From Octopus sinensis (Eukaryota): a DNA stretch of 64,000 bases. The notes under the pieces are model-generated. The model worked only from the letters and a program-made list of their open reading frames with translations. It was not told the DNA's origin and ran no database searches. The stretch spans positions 29,698,001 through 29,762,000 of the forward strand of contig NC_042999.1 in assembly GCF_006345805.1 (NCBI RefSeq), written 5' to 3'. A program made the translations under genes and the position numbers. The stretch's first letter is position 1; every line of letters begins with the position of its first letter. This document shows positions 26,470 to 40,558 of the stretch, piece by piece.

Positions 26470-27582
26470 GACGGTAACTAATTGTAGTGGTAGAAATGAA
26501 ACCATAAAACATTCGTGAAATATCTTATTCTTAAAATAATTATATATATATTTGCGTATTGAGTTTTTCCAATTATCCTGTTGTTATCTTTTTGTTATCG
26601 TTTGTGTCTTATACATATTGTTTTCCCAAAAATGAATGTTTCTGAAAAATACGAATAAATATATAAGGGTATATCTCAACAAGTAAAAGATCGTTAGTTT
26701 ACACATTACTCCCTTTTAAGAAGATACGTTCATATAACTATTAATTTGTGCTATATTTGGACGAATATTATATCGCCAAGACCTCAAATGATTCCTTACA
26801 ATTTTGAGGTAGATGATAACGATATGCTTCCTGAATAATGATAATCTATCAAATTTAAGAAGCTGTCAGTATTTAAGGATGAACCTAAGGGATTATGTTG
26901 TTCAAATGGTAAAAATAAATGTTTGAATGACCACCTGAAACTTTGAATACACCAATGCTCAGGAAAAATCTGCATTACGAATTCCCTGTTTTTTAATTAT
27001 CGAAAATTATAGCGAACCGTCTTCAATGACATCCTTTCGAGGTCATGAATCAATATCTCTGGGCGGGATTCATTTTATTTTTCAAAATACAAAGTCAAAT
27101 ATACCATACAATAGGTTCATTGTAAAACACAGATGAAAGTATTCCTAAACAACCTCAAGTTTATTTTAATGATGATTTAATTAACCAAAGTATTATCTGA
27201 AATAGTGTATTTGCAGCAACGGTAACTAATTGTAGCGGTAGAAATGAAACAATAAAACATTCGTGAAATATATTCTTAAAATAATTATATATATATTTGC
27301 GTATTGGTTTTTTCCAATTATCCTGTTGTTATCTTCTTGTTATCTTTTGTGTCGTATACATAATGTTTCCCCAAAAATGAATGTTTCTAAAAAATACCAA
27401 TAAATATATAAGGATATATTTCAACAAGTAAAACATTGTTAGTTTATACATTACTCACTTTTAAGAAGATGATTTCATACAACTATGAATTTATGCTATG
27501 CTTGGGCGAATATTATATCACCAAGTCCTCAAAGGATTCCTTACAATGTTGAGGTAGATGATAATGATATGCTTCCTGAATA
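26470..27582. repeat. Direct duplication: 26470-26838 and 27219-27582 flanking a Helitron-derived segment
   Basis: Two ~365-bp copies starting ACGGTAACTAATTGTAG and ending GATATGCTTCCTGAATAA, offset about 750. Confidence 0.9.
26839..27218 (+). mobile_element. Helitron RepHel N-terminal relic (copy of 30873-31250)
   Basis: FKDEPKGLCCSNGK and FKIQSQIYHTIGSL match the Helitron CCxxGK and FKIQGQIYHxIGSL motifs. Confidence 0.75.
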
Positions 27583-28006
27583 AACACAAAGAACCTGATC
27601 GAAGAAGTTGTTATTCGGGAACTTGGAGATTGCATACCCTAAAAATAGTAACTACAGAAAATGAAGAGAGAGTGTAAGGAACTTGGTTTGGGGGTACGAG
27701 ATCAAGCAGACAGGAAAGCCATGACACTGTTAGACGTAGAAAAAAATAGACAGAAAATAATATATCTTGTCATCAGTGTGTGACATGTCTTGATACGTAT
27801 GGGGAAGCCAAACAGCGGAAAAGTGCAGTTTAATTGATACCTTGGAGTTTATTTGAACATTGTTTAAGACGAATAATTTTAAAGCAGAAAATTTAATTTA
27901 TAAATTCCAAGACCAATTAGAGGTAAGAATAAATTTTGTAGGACAGCGATTTTCATGTAATCATTACAATTTAATGTGACATACGTTACACGGATAAAAA
28001 AAGAGA

Positions 28007-28079
<73 letters not shown>

Positions 28080-28305
28080 GTTATACTAGGCATTTCATTC
28101 CAGTGTACATAATTCTATAGGAAAAAAAATGTGTTTTGAATGAGCTAAAAATAAAATGGAATTACATTCATATATAACTGTTGCTCTAAATGAGCAGGGG
28201 AGATTACCTTCTTATTAAACACGTTATAACTTATATCGGATTGGACTCAATATGATAGAGTCCGGTATAATTTATATTAAAACAATTTAGAAAAGTTCCG
28301 CTATA

Positions 28306-28706
28306 GGCGCAGGAGTGGCTGTGTGTTAAGTAGCTTGCTAACCAACCACATGGTTCCGGGTTCAGACCTACTGCGTGGCATCTTTGGTAAGTGTCTTCTG
28401 CTATGTCCCCGGGCCGACCAATGCCTTGTGAGTGGATTTGGTAGACAGAAACTGAAAGAAGCATGTCGTATATATGTATATATATATATATGTGTGTTTG
28501 TGCGTCTTTGTTTGTCCCCCTACCATCGCTTGACAATCGATGCTTGTGGTTTACGTCCCCGTCACTTAGCGGTTCGGCAAAAGACACCGATAGAGTAAGT
28601 ACTCGGCTTACAAAGAATAAGTCCCGGGGTCGATTTGCTCGACTAAAGGCGGTGCTCCAGCATGGCCGCAGTCAAATGACTGAAACAAGTAAAAGAGTAA
28701 AAGAGT
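28306..28706 (+). mobile_element. tRNA-derived SINE, family A (internal microsatellite)
   Basis: GGCGCAGGAGTGGCTGTGTG head, GGTTCCGGGTTCAG B-box region, internal (TA)(TG) tract, tail ..GCTCCAGCATGGCCGCAGTC..GTAAAAGAG. Confidence 0.85.
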
Positions 28707-30239
28707 ATAGGATGATGGTAACAGAAACGGTCAGCGATCTTTAAACCCAGATTAGTTAAGTGCGACGATGATTATGACGAAAATCATTCAATCCGTTTTT
28801 ACTGACATTTAAGTTTTCATAGTCTAGTGAGTAAACATCCTATTTAGGCAGCAAAGCTTTAAGTCAGGCAAATTCATCTTCTATTCCTTAAGGGGTGACG
28901 CAACTACTGAGATGTTGCTCATTGTTGAAGCTTACTATTTGTGTAACCCTTAAAAACAGATAAGATCAGAAATAACTCAGCCAATACATTTCCATAATTT
29001 TGTATATCAGGAATTACGGTGGTGTGTATAACGGTTTGAAGTTATGTGTGTCTGTCTGTTTCTATCTACGAGTGTATGCGTTTGAATATCATTACGTAAT
29101 GGTCTATTAATAATGATGGTGCAATGCGAGTGTATGTGTGTTTCATGATCATAAAATGTTTTCATAGAGTTTATATTAATCAAATTTGGGGGATATCGAA
29201 TTGCATCGGACAAAATACTTTCGGACAAAATACATTCTCATTTAACTTCAGCCTCATAGAATTCCTTCTGATGAATCGGTCAAACCTCCTCTCCTATAAA
29301 TTGTAATTTACAATATTCCGAGTCCAAAGTACCTATGGTCACATTTGATATTAATTTCAAAAATAACCTCGAAATCTTCTCACATCTGATATTTCTAGCG
29401 TTTGGTAACAAACGTCAAGACTAACACGCTATGAATTCTATCAAACCACACATTAATGAATTTGTTTTATAATCTCCGACGTTTCCTAATTGTCACTTCA
29501 CATAACAGCATTAACTAAAAAAAACAAATGCTTCATATGTCAATGATTAATGAAATAAAATACTATTAGCCACATATTTTTCAACTTGCAACTATGAAAT
29601 CATAAGTAAATGGTTGAAATTTTGTCACACTGGAAACAGATACGAGCAATGTCATTCCGTCGACTGCAGATTTCAATTGGTACAAATTTCGTCGACACCA
29701 TGAGTATGAAATGCAAAGTTGACGTCGCTGGAATGAAAGACGAAGAAGATAAAGACAGACGAAATGTGCTAAGTATTTTCCCCGCCTTGCTAACACATAT
29801 TCCATCTTATCCCCTAAGGCAAATGATATGATTGATTTTCAATTGTAGCTCGAGGCTAACAGTCCTACTTTTGATGCGTCGATTATATCTTCTTTAGTGC
29901 TCAGCTGCTTCGTATTTCATCGACCACCATCCGCAAAGTCATCACCTTATTCATATTAGCATATAAACCTTAATATTGGTAAAATGGCAGTAGAACCTCT
30001 TTTAATGACATAGCATGTGTGTTCATATGAAGCAGTTTATACACTAAGAAAATAGTTACATATAAATTTTTCAAATGTAATTCGTGCAGATTTAAAATCG
30101 GATGTTTTGTGTGCGTCTGTGTATGTATATATATATATATATATACACTATGCAACCAATAATTTTAACAACAGTAATATAAGTGTAATTAATACTGGTA
30201 CAAGGAAACATTTAAATACCTTAGCAAGAAATCGCCAAA

Positions 30240-32720
30240 AAATAAAAGGAATCAAATGAGTGAAAATGAGAGCGAAATTCAGAGATCAAGAAATCGAGAG
30301 TACCAAAGACGGAGACGGAAAAGGACTGTCTATTCAAAGAAGGAATGAAATTAGAGCAGAACACAGATTGGGTCTCCAAATGTCGAAAGGAAATTCGACA
30401 CTAGAAAGTATAAGAGATGAAATTAGAATGTCGTACATTATGGCAAGAAATGCTCAGCCTATGTAGGAGCAAGAATCAACACAAAATTGAATAATGCAAT
30501 TAAAAGCTTAAACTACAACAATAATATAAATGTAATAAATAGCGATACAAGATACATTTTAAATGCCAAAATAAGAAAAGACCAAAAAAAAAGAGAAAAA
30601 AAATATGAAATTAGTGAAAATGAGAGAGAAATTCAGAGAGCATGAAATCAAGATTATCAAAGACAGAGACGGAAAAAGACTCTCATTTCAAAGAAATTCG
30701 TCCATCAATTTTTGAGAGAAAATTCGTCACAGGAAATAAGAAGGGATATTAAAATTTCGCGCTTTGTTCCAAGAAATTCTCAGACTATGGGGCAAAGATC
30801 AATATATGCTGAACTATGTATTTCTTTTAACTCATTTACAAATGAAGGATTTGAATAAGATCCAATTACAAATTATGATAATCTATCAAATTTAAGAAGC
30901 TGTCAGGATTTAAGGATGAACCTAAGGGATTATTTTGTTCAAATGGTAAAATTAAATGTTTGAATGACCACCTGAAACTTTGAATACACCAATGCTCAGG
31001 AAAAATCTGCATTACGAATTCCCTTTTTTTTAATTATCGAACATTATAGCGAACCGTCTTCAATGACATCCATTGGAGGTGATGAATCAATATCTCTGGG
31101 CGGGATTCATGTTATTGTTCAAAATACAAAGTCAAATATACCATACAATAAGTTCATTGTATAACACAGATGAAAATATTCCTAAATATCCTCAAGTTTA
31201 TCTTAATGATGTTTTAAATAACCAAAGTATTATCAGAAATAGTGGATTTCCTGCAACAATGTTACACACCACAAGAGATATTCAAGAGATCTTGGAGAAA
31301 ATAATGAACTTACTAGAAACATTAGAACCATGGCATGCTGGCTTAACAAACCAAATCTTAAATACTCAATTTGTGTAGAAAGAGATGGGCTGGGGAGCAA
31401 GAACGAAGATACAATGACCGGATATCTTACGATGTGCGATTAGCAATGGTTGGAACATAAGTTCCACAAAGAAACAATTTTTACCTATAAAGATAATACT
31501 GTAAAGAAAAAAAACAATGGATGCATAGCTCCTATGATCTATTGCAACATCCTTTGATTCATTGGATAGAAAATATAATTTACATCAATATATGACCGTT
31601 CATTTTAGCTGTATATATAATATAATATATATAGTATTATCACTTACGTTTCGACTTTCGTTCTTAAAACAAAGTATACTGACGATGTTTTTGATAGTAT
31701 GGACGTATTGCAAATACATCCCCAGATAGTATAGGGCTTTTAAAATTATTGTTTTTTTTTACTTTTTAAGTAATAAATTTATAACACAATAAAGAAATGG
31801 TAGACTCGCATATGAGACAGCATGTATACACCGTTGTAGAATCAAACAATGAATTCTCTAGAGGTATACCAGAACAAAGTATGTTGATTTCACTTGCCAT
31901 CATCCTATTAAAGTTTTTTTTTTCGGAGTAAAACGTGCAATATGGAAGACATTATCAGAGATTCAGGAAAACATGTCAAATATTTGAGTTGTATATGTTG
32001 TTTGTAACGCTGATACCAATTATTTATGGTAGTATATCGTATATTGTATATATTAGTACTAATTATCCCTGTAAATAAGTTGAGTCTCACAAGGCATTTG
32101 CTCGAGTTAGTTATTAATCAGTTTGTCATGCCGCTCAGAACTGAGCTTTGGAAGAACAAACGACGATGCGTAAATTGCTTGCTAAGACAATTCTAGTTGC
32201 CGTGAATCTAGGTGATTATTGTTGCAAGTTTTATTGCATAAAGGCAGCATAATGAAACATATGCACGAATATGTTCATTAGATCAATGGACATATTCCTT
32301 CATATTTAAAAGACCGCAACCCCATACCATGTAGAAGTGAAGATGGAGTCGGATACAATTCATTCACCTAAAGTCATATCCTTTGAAAAGAAACAAATCA
32401 TCAGTTGTATATGGATATCTTGATTATGGAAGACCTATGCATTTATACAGATTGTCATAGAAATGAAAAGAATGATATCATGGTGAAATGAAATTTGTTG
32501 AATACATAACCCAGGTGATTATGTACATTAAATATGTGCTAAAGACTACAAAGCAAAACATTCCCTTTCATACGCACAAGGATCACATTGTATAATTAAG
32601 GAGCAATTAAGTTTGAATAAATCGCATGGTCTGGAAGATCAAACAAATCCCTCATTGAGTAATTTCCACTCAGATAACTCTTGACATTACGCTGACATTC
32701 CTTGCCCATGTTTTATATTC
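30240..32720 (+). mobile_element. Heavily decayed Helitron RepHel coding relic
   Basis: Collinear motifs: duplicated charged repeats (30240-30720), CSNGK, AGFMLLFKIQSQIYHTISSL, MHSSYDLLQHPLIHW, EFSRGIP (EFQKRGLPH-like), CRSEDG..SFT, YIKYV. Confidence 0.7.
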
Positions 32721-32931
32721 CTATTTACTGACTAAATAAAATTTCTATAACGGATCCTTTCCTTTAACATTATATCAATATTATTCCAAAGGAACGGAAG
32801 AATTAAGATATTCAGAGAATCTTGCATTCTAATTTGTTATAAGCAGCAAATTCTCATAACCACAGTTGTGATAGAAACTACTGTACGAAAATTAGTAAAT
32901 TGTACAGATAATTATGTATCACGTATACCTG

Positions 32932-32988
<57 letters not shown>

Positions 32989-32990
<2 letters not shown>

Positions 32991-33118
32991 CGCAACCGTG
33001 ACTGTGTAGTAAGAAGTTTGCTTCGCAGACACGTAGTTTCGAGTTCAATACTATTGTGTAGCACCTTGGGCAAGTCTCCTAGATCAGGTAGGCGGATACT
33101 GAAAGCAGCTCGTCGGAT
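32989..33118 (+). mobile_element. SINE family A, 5' half
   Basis: Diverged head GGCGCAACCGTGACTGTGTAGTAAG..GCACCTTGGGCAAGT. Confidence 0.7.
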
Positions 33119-34541
33119 ATATATATATATATATATAATGGATGGAAAATTAAAAAGACGGAAAATAAAAGGTACCCCACTTGCCCCCCAAAATTACCCA
33201 ACAGAGTCAACTAAAAACCTGCATCCAGAACAAACACACACAACACACAATTATCCTTTTCAGCTGCCCTCAGCAAAGAACCCAGCAAAAACAAAGACAG
33301 CCAAAAATCCTCGCGTTCACACCATACACACACAAAACACAGATATCATACTCTTTTTTCTCAAACAAAATCACATATGATCCATTTACACAAGACATGT
33401 CACCGCCAGTAACAAGGGGGGAAATAAACTACCCTAGCTAAGGATACATACAGACATTCACGTGTTACCCCATAATTAGCTCCTCCACACCTGAACTCTA
33501 ACGAAATGAATAGTCAATGCAATGTTCTTTTTCATCAGTTGTACGCGTTATTTAGTCATATGGTAAGTCATCCCATTTGGTCTGGCCTGTACTGTGAGAG
33601 TGTATGCCTTGATGTATGTGTGAGATGATTGAATTGAGTACCAGTGATCTTAAGAGAAGATCGAACGACTATTCGATATTCATTTTACCTCAAGTTTTAC
33701 ATATTATCTAATCATATGTTGCTCCAACCCATTTTGTCTGTCCTGATTTGTGAATGAATAGTGTATGCCTTGTTACATACTACGTGAGATGACTTGAACG
33801 TAAGTAGAAATGAAAACAGAAAAAAGAAAGATAAATTGTGATTGCAATTCATATAGTATTTATCATTTGGTAAAATCTGGTCGTACGTAAAGCACTGTTT
33901 GTCCTGTTCTTGTAGCCCTTTGCTGTTATTTACTCTATGAAAATTTATCATGTAACTCCATATTAAAAAGACAAAAATCATTCAAATTATAATTAATTAC
34001 AACTATAAAAAAAAACATTCAAATTGTAAGTGAAGTTTAGAAGAACGCTGTCTTGGTGTCTATAATAAATATATACATATATATATATATGCGTGAGAGA
34101 ATGTGTTTGTGTGTGTAAGCTTATGCCTGTACGCATCGTGTGCATTCATGTGTACATAAATGCTTCCATTTTTTTCTGCATAAAGAGAGAGCCATGTTGC
34201 TCGGCATGTTGTAAGGCAGTCTTCAACGAGGTGTCTTTTATATGACTTAAAGCATTTTTCTTTAGGAAAGTTTTCTATAATCCAAAACGCATCTTACACA
34301 GAATTCTTTTTTATTTTTTCTATTTTCTAAATTTTTAGCACAGGTGAAGTTTATGGCGCCATCTCAGTCCTTAATATCTCTTCATGTTTAATGTCAAACA
34401 TTGTCTTCTCATATATATTGATGAAACTGCAGCGACTACGGTGCATAATTATGTAGTTGCTGCAATTGTTATATAAGCCGTAGAAAATATTTAATAAAAA
34501 AGTTGGATGTGAATAAATCTCCCCTCTCCTCTTCGTTTTCA

Positions 34542-34606
<65 letters not shown>

Positions 34607-36030
34607 TGGATTCATGTCGATGAGTGTGATCGTATATGGGGGATGTGAGTAAAGGAGCTTAGAGACAGAATAAGGAAACATAAAATAGAAGATAGTCAAA
34701 TAAAACGTGAGTTAATGAAAAGAATAAAGAAAATCTAGAAGATTGTTGTGAGTAAATGAAATACATGATCTTAACAGTAGAATTGCTGATTTAGAAGTTT
34801 GTTCAGTAACATATACTTTAGTAAATGTAAGGCAAATGAACTTCGTTTAAATGAATATCCACCACAGTATGAATCCTTATCACGGAGAAGAGATCTAAGA
34901 GAGTATAAATGCAATTTCTTTAATTTAAATATTCATTAATTTGTTCTCTGTATTAAGGAGGTGAGCTGGGAGAATATTTACCACGCCGAGCAAAATGCTG
35001 AGTGACATTTCGGCAGTCTTTTACACTGAATTCGAATTTGCTTAGAATATTTCGTGTTTGATAAAATTAGAACCTGTGGGGTATTGGGGTCGATTTATTC
35101 GACTTAACCCTGTTGCTGGCATTGTACCAACATTTAAAACAAATATTATCCACTATAATTTTTTACAGTGTATATATTAGAGCAGGTATAAAAGTGTTAG
35201 TGATAACAGATAGAAAGGACAGAATCATTGTTACAGTGTGCACAAAATGTCAGTATCATATAAATTACATGTCTACCGCACTTGCCTATTATGTATATTC
35301 CGGCAAACGATTATATTGAAAAAGTTTTCAGTAAACCCGTGTGCATAGGACTAAACATTCCCCAAATATCAACATGTCAGACGAAGCGGAGATCATATGT
35401 TGTAACTATATACACATTTTATACACACATTGGCGTGTGTATGGAATTTCTAGGCGTATAATCCTACGTATATGTTTATTTGTAGTTTGGGGGTGTCATA
35501 ATAACAATCTATTGTACTATAGGCACAATGCATGGAATTTGGAGAAGGGAGACAGTCGATTGCACCAATGTCAGAACTCGAACTGTAAGGGATAAAAGGC
35601 AAAGTCGACTACGGCGGAATTTAAACTTAGAACGTGCAATGAGATGGTATACCGCTAAAGATTTTTACCGGCGTTCTAATGACTGCCAGCACGCCGCGTT
35701 ATAATAATAATTCTATCTGCTATAATATCAAGGCCTGAAATTTGGGGGAGGGTAGTAGTCGATTACACCATTCCCACTGTTTCACTAATACTTAATTTAA
35801 CAAATCCGAAAGGATGAAAGGATTTATTCAATTTGACAGCCAGATTAATTTTTTAAACTAAACACTTTGAAATTTCGGATACTGGTAGAATGTGTCACAT
35901 AGAGAACTGTTTACGTGCAACTTTTTTGACAAAATTTTGTATTTTAGAATTTATTTCGTGTTGAAATAGTCGTATTTGCGTAATATTAACCAGTCAATGA
36001 CGTGTATTAAGCTGAAGAAAAAATACTGCT

Positions 36031-36757
36031 ACTGCAGTTTCTTTCTTTTCAGCAATAAAGATAATTTATTTGCCCAGGGAGAATTCTTCGGTGAGACCCT
36101 GTTTTTCTGGGATCCTAACTCACTAGAAGCATGTGCGTCTAATGATTTACTCTTCCTAACTAATCATATCACTGCGCAGACTCCGAACGTCCCGACAACA
36201 CTAGGGAATTCTGGTATATCGCCTGGCGCTCATAATTTATCGAGAAATATGTAAACAAATCAAATTGCGATAAAATAAAAATAATTATAATCGCTGGTAT
36301 TACTAACACAAGCCATATATTTTTCATATATCAGTACATTAAGGCGAAATATGTGCTAGGAATACAGAAGCTTGATAAATTAAGTGAAATGAAGATAAAA
36401 ACATTTACTAAACCGGTAATTCTCAGACTGCAGTTTCTTTCTTTTCAGCAATAAAGATAATTTATTTGCCCAGGGAGAATTCTTCAGTGAGACCCTGTTT
36501 TTCTGGGATCCTAACTCACTAGAAGCATGTGCGTCTAATGATTTACTCTTCCTAACTAATCATATCACTGCGCAGACTCCGAACGTCCCGACAACACTAG
36601 GGAATTCTGGTATATCGCCTGGCGCTCATAATTTATCGAGAAATATGTAAACAAATCAAATTGCGATAAAATAAAAATAATTATAATCGCTGGTATTACT
36701 AACACAAGCCATATATTTTTCATATATCAGTACATTAAGGCGAAATATGTGCTAGGA

Positions 36758-36762
<5 letters not shown>
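36031..36762. repeat. Near-identical tandem duplication A (36031-36366, 36427-36762)
   Basis: 336-bp copies, offset 396; only one substitution noticed (TTCGGT versus TTCAGT). Confidence 0.95.
36053..36213 (+). CDS. Candidate internal exon of unknown product (duplicated at 36449-36609)
   Basis: TTTCTTTCTTTTCAG acceptor, open frame NKDNLFAQGEFFGETLFFWDPNSLEACASNDLLFL.., TG|GTATAT donor. Confidence 0.25.
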
Positions 36763-36789
<27 letters not shown>

Positions 36790-36800
<11 letters not shown>

Positions 36801-36801
36801 G

Positions 36802-36858
<57 letters not shown>

Positions 36859-37477
36859 CATGTATAGTGGCAAAATTCATGACAAAACTGGAAGACAGGT
36901 GATGTAGAGAACGAACAGATGTATTAATATAACGCTCAGGAATTGAAAAAGTCTTTAACGTTTCGAGTCTTCGCTCTTCCACAGAATATATATATTGCTA
37001 ATAATAACATGACAACATCTCGTCATTTGAGACAAGCAAAAATGCTATAAAAATGACTGTTAATGGAAATTTCCTGAATAGGGAGAAAGTTAAATTACTC
37101 AAAGAAGATAATTCAACGCTCATAGAATCTGCGTATGCGCGTATGGACATGTGCGAGCAATCATATACTCACTTACACTCGCATGAAACACATACATGCA
37201 ACCCCCATACATATATATATATATATATATGTCTGTTTGTGTGTGTGTGTGTGTGTATTCATCCACACTACGAAAGCACCCACATATACATACCATCACG
37301 CACACACGTGCGCACAGACGTATATATACCCACACGCGAACAATTATGTACATATTCACGTCTACTTTCGCACATGCACAAAAATGGACGGTGAAAGGTA
37401 ATGTACAGAAAAATATATAAATATATACACCAATAAAATATTATATATATATTATATATATATATATATTATATATG

Positions 37478-37540
<63 letters not shown>

Positions 37541-38140
37541 CATGTATAGTGGCAAAATTCATGACAAAACTGGAAGACAGGTGATGTAGAGAACGAACAG
37601 ATGTATTAATATAACGCTCAGGAATTGAAAAAGTCTTTAACGTTTCGAGTCTTCGCTCTTCCACAGAATATATATATTGCTAATAATAACATGACAACAT
37701 CTCGTCATTTGAGACAAGCAAAAATGCTATAAAAATGACTGTTAATGGAAATTTCCTGAATAGGGAGAAAGTTAAATTACTCAAAGAAGATAATTCAACG
37801 CTCATAGAATCTGCGTATGCGCGTATGGACATGTGCGAGCAATCATATACTCACTTACACTCGCATGAAACACATACATGCAACCCCCATACATATATAT
37901 ATATATATATGTCTGTTTGTGTGTGTGTGTGTGTATTCATCCACACTACGAAAGCACCCACATATACATACCATCACGCACACACGTGCGCACAGACGTA
38001 TATATACCCACACGCGAACAATTATGTACATATTCACGTCTACTTTCGCACATGCACAAAAATGGACGGTGAAAGGTAATGTACAGAAAAATATATAAAT
38101 ATATACACCAATAAAATATTATATATATATATATATATAA
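36790..38140. repeat. Near-identical tandem duplication B (~680-bp unit x2)
   Basis: 36790-37465 and 37466-38140 differ, as far as seen, only in microsatellite lengths. Confidence 0.95.
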
Positions 38141-38396
38141 TATGTAAAAATATAAAAATATATATGTAAGAAATGAGATGATTGTACGTGAACACAATAT
38201 AAAAAGCATGTTCTTTCTGTATACTTGGGAGACTAAAAACGTAACAGATATTTAGCCAGATATGGACATTACTGAAAACTTTCAGTTCTTGAATAGTTGA
38301 CAACTTTAACATTCATTAGAAGATCTTAGCCAAGTGTAAGTCTTACACCAACAGTAGTGGAACGTGCGGTGTTTGTGATATGCAAAGATAGATTAC

Positions 38397-38477
38397 CTGG
38401 AAAAGCTCTAGTGATATCCGTGTGGTATTGCATGATGGAAGCATGTTGGATTGTGTGTATGGCTTTTATTACATGTG
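38397..38477 (-). CDS. Candidate phase 1-1 exon (81 nt)
   Basis: TTATTCAG|..TTCCAG|GTAATC; open frame HVIKAIHTIQHASIMQYHTDITRAFP; phase-compatible with 38794-38931. Confidence 0.3.
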
Positions 38478-38793
38478 CTGAATAATTTTATATCACTTCC
38501 ATTATATATAAATATATGTGAGTCTGTGTGTGCGTCTCTGTGTAGTGCGAAATAATAGCATGCTTCTTGCGTCCAATTGTTGTTTTAAGTACCTATGTAG
38601 TCGTTACGAAACATAGAATCCCGCTTAGTCCATTAATCTGTAATGTTCATTCGGCAGTTGGTGGAAGATGTGCCATCTAGAGGGAGAGATGAGTGCTTCA
38701 GCAGTCAACAGTTATATAGATTTAAGTGAATTTTTTTGGCAACCCTAAATGAAGAGGATTTGTCAAGAAATTCCTAACTGTTTGTAGACGTAC

Positions 38794-38931
38794 ATTGTTT
38801 ACAATAATCAGAAATATAACAGTGGAAATCATCCAGCAGCCACCATGATAATGATGCATGTGTTCCTTTCCCCATTTGTTCTTCTTCAGTAGCAATTATG
38901 TACGGGAAATGGCATGTTAAGAAAACATCAG
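38794..38931 (-). CDS. Candidate phase 1-1 exon (138 nt)
   Basis: Strong acceptor TTCTTTGATTTTCTGTATCCCCTAACAG|, donor |GTACGT; only one frame is open: DVFLTCHFPYIIATEEEQMGKGTHASLSWWLLDDFHCYISDYCKQ. Confidence 0.35.
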
Positions 38932-39856
38932 CTGTTAGGGGATACAGAAAATCAAAGAATTACTTGCTTAATTATAAATGCACATCATACACACACATTC
39001 ACGTATAGTATTATTCGGGTTACAACCTCGTGAGGTGCATATAATATTTCCTTATCATCTACCATATGCCACTCTACAGCAGGTTATTTTCTACGGATGA
39101 ATACATGTGGGAAACATCATTATTGTATTGGATTCAAATAAGAGTTATATTTCACGAGGATATGAAGGAGCAGAGGATAATATTATGGGCTCTAGATTTA
39201 GGTTTTGTTAAATATTTCAGCTAAATTATGCCATTTAGTAACGTCATTTAGTAGTAGATTTAATAAATACATAGCAATGAATAATATAACTTTTAATAAC
39301 TGCAGGACTAGATATTCCTTAGTGGTGGAAAAAATAGAAGTATGTACAGCTACTAATGTGTTTGTAGATTTGTGAATTTGAAAGGGTATAACGTGAGACA
39401 AGTGTGTTTAAAAAGCAAAGTCAAATATAGTAAATAAAACAATACATAAAATATAATGGTAAGAAATTAAGCCTGTAATCTACAAATTAATGTCCAGTGG
39501 TATCAATGAAGGTCACTTGAAGCCAGACGGCTTGAAAACGTAAGTATAACGATAATTCAGTAGAGATATCATGTTTCGTAAAAAAGGAAGCAATGAAATC
39601 AAAAGAAACCCTCGTAAATGATTTTATTTATATTATTTTGACTCAGTCACACACATCGTACATTATTTGATACAAAACGTCTTCACTTTTATTCTATTTT
39701 TATTCTATTCACACTAACACTCAACTAGAGTTCGTTTTTGTTATTACTTTTATTACTGCATCATTAAGGTCACATTATGTTTTTGTTTATGGTACTATTA
39801 TTTTTATATTACTTTCTTTTTATTTCCTTTTGTTCAACTGGAAGAATTGCTGTCAC

Positions 39857-39903
39857 CCGAAATATAATGAACTGATTTGTTGAGAGTAACAGACATGGTA
39901 AAT
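39857..39903 (-). CDS. Candidate 47-nt exon with ATG in ACCATG context
   Basis: Strong acceptor CTTCTTTTGTATTTCTTCAG|, weak donor CGG|GTGACA; MSVTLNKSVHYIS ends in phase 1. Confidence 0.25.
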
Positions 39904-40558
39904 CTGAAGAAATACAAAAGAAGCCGACAGTGGTTGTTCGCATATCGCCAGAGGAGGCAGGCACACACGCGCACACACACCTACACACATACACACACGC
40001 GCACACACATACACTGCTGTTTCTGAAAAATATTGAATTATATACAATTTCTAAAGAATAATCTTTATATTTCTAATGATATATAAATGTAAATTCAGCA
40101 ACTACAAGCAGGTGTCCAGTGCAGAAACTAATGATTTGATTGTCTATTAAAATCTGGTATTTTTCGTTCTGATGTTACCCAATTTATATTTCCCTTATAG
40201 ATGTCTGCGTGTGTATGGTGACCCAAAAATTGCATGAGGTTTGGAATCTTTGACATTACTTTTACTTTTTGAACTTTAGTTTCTATTTTCAGGGATTCTA
40301 TGGACTAAGTACTGGAAATAATAACGTGTACAGTATGGTGTGCAATTATCTTCTGAGGAGATAATCGGTTTTATTTTTTTGAGGACAACGTTATGAATAC
40401 TGTAACTGTAATTGGTAAGCGATACAGGTACCGATCGAAGACTTTTTGCGGATCATTGTGCTTTTCATCACTGTTTACTCTTTTCTTCCAGTTGTTTTCA
40501 ATTTGGTATATTGATTGAGATTTGTATCCGATGTAATTAAATTTTCCGATACATTATA

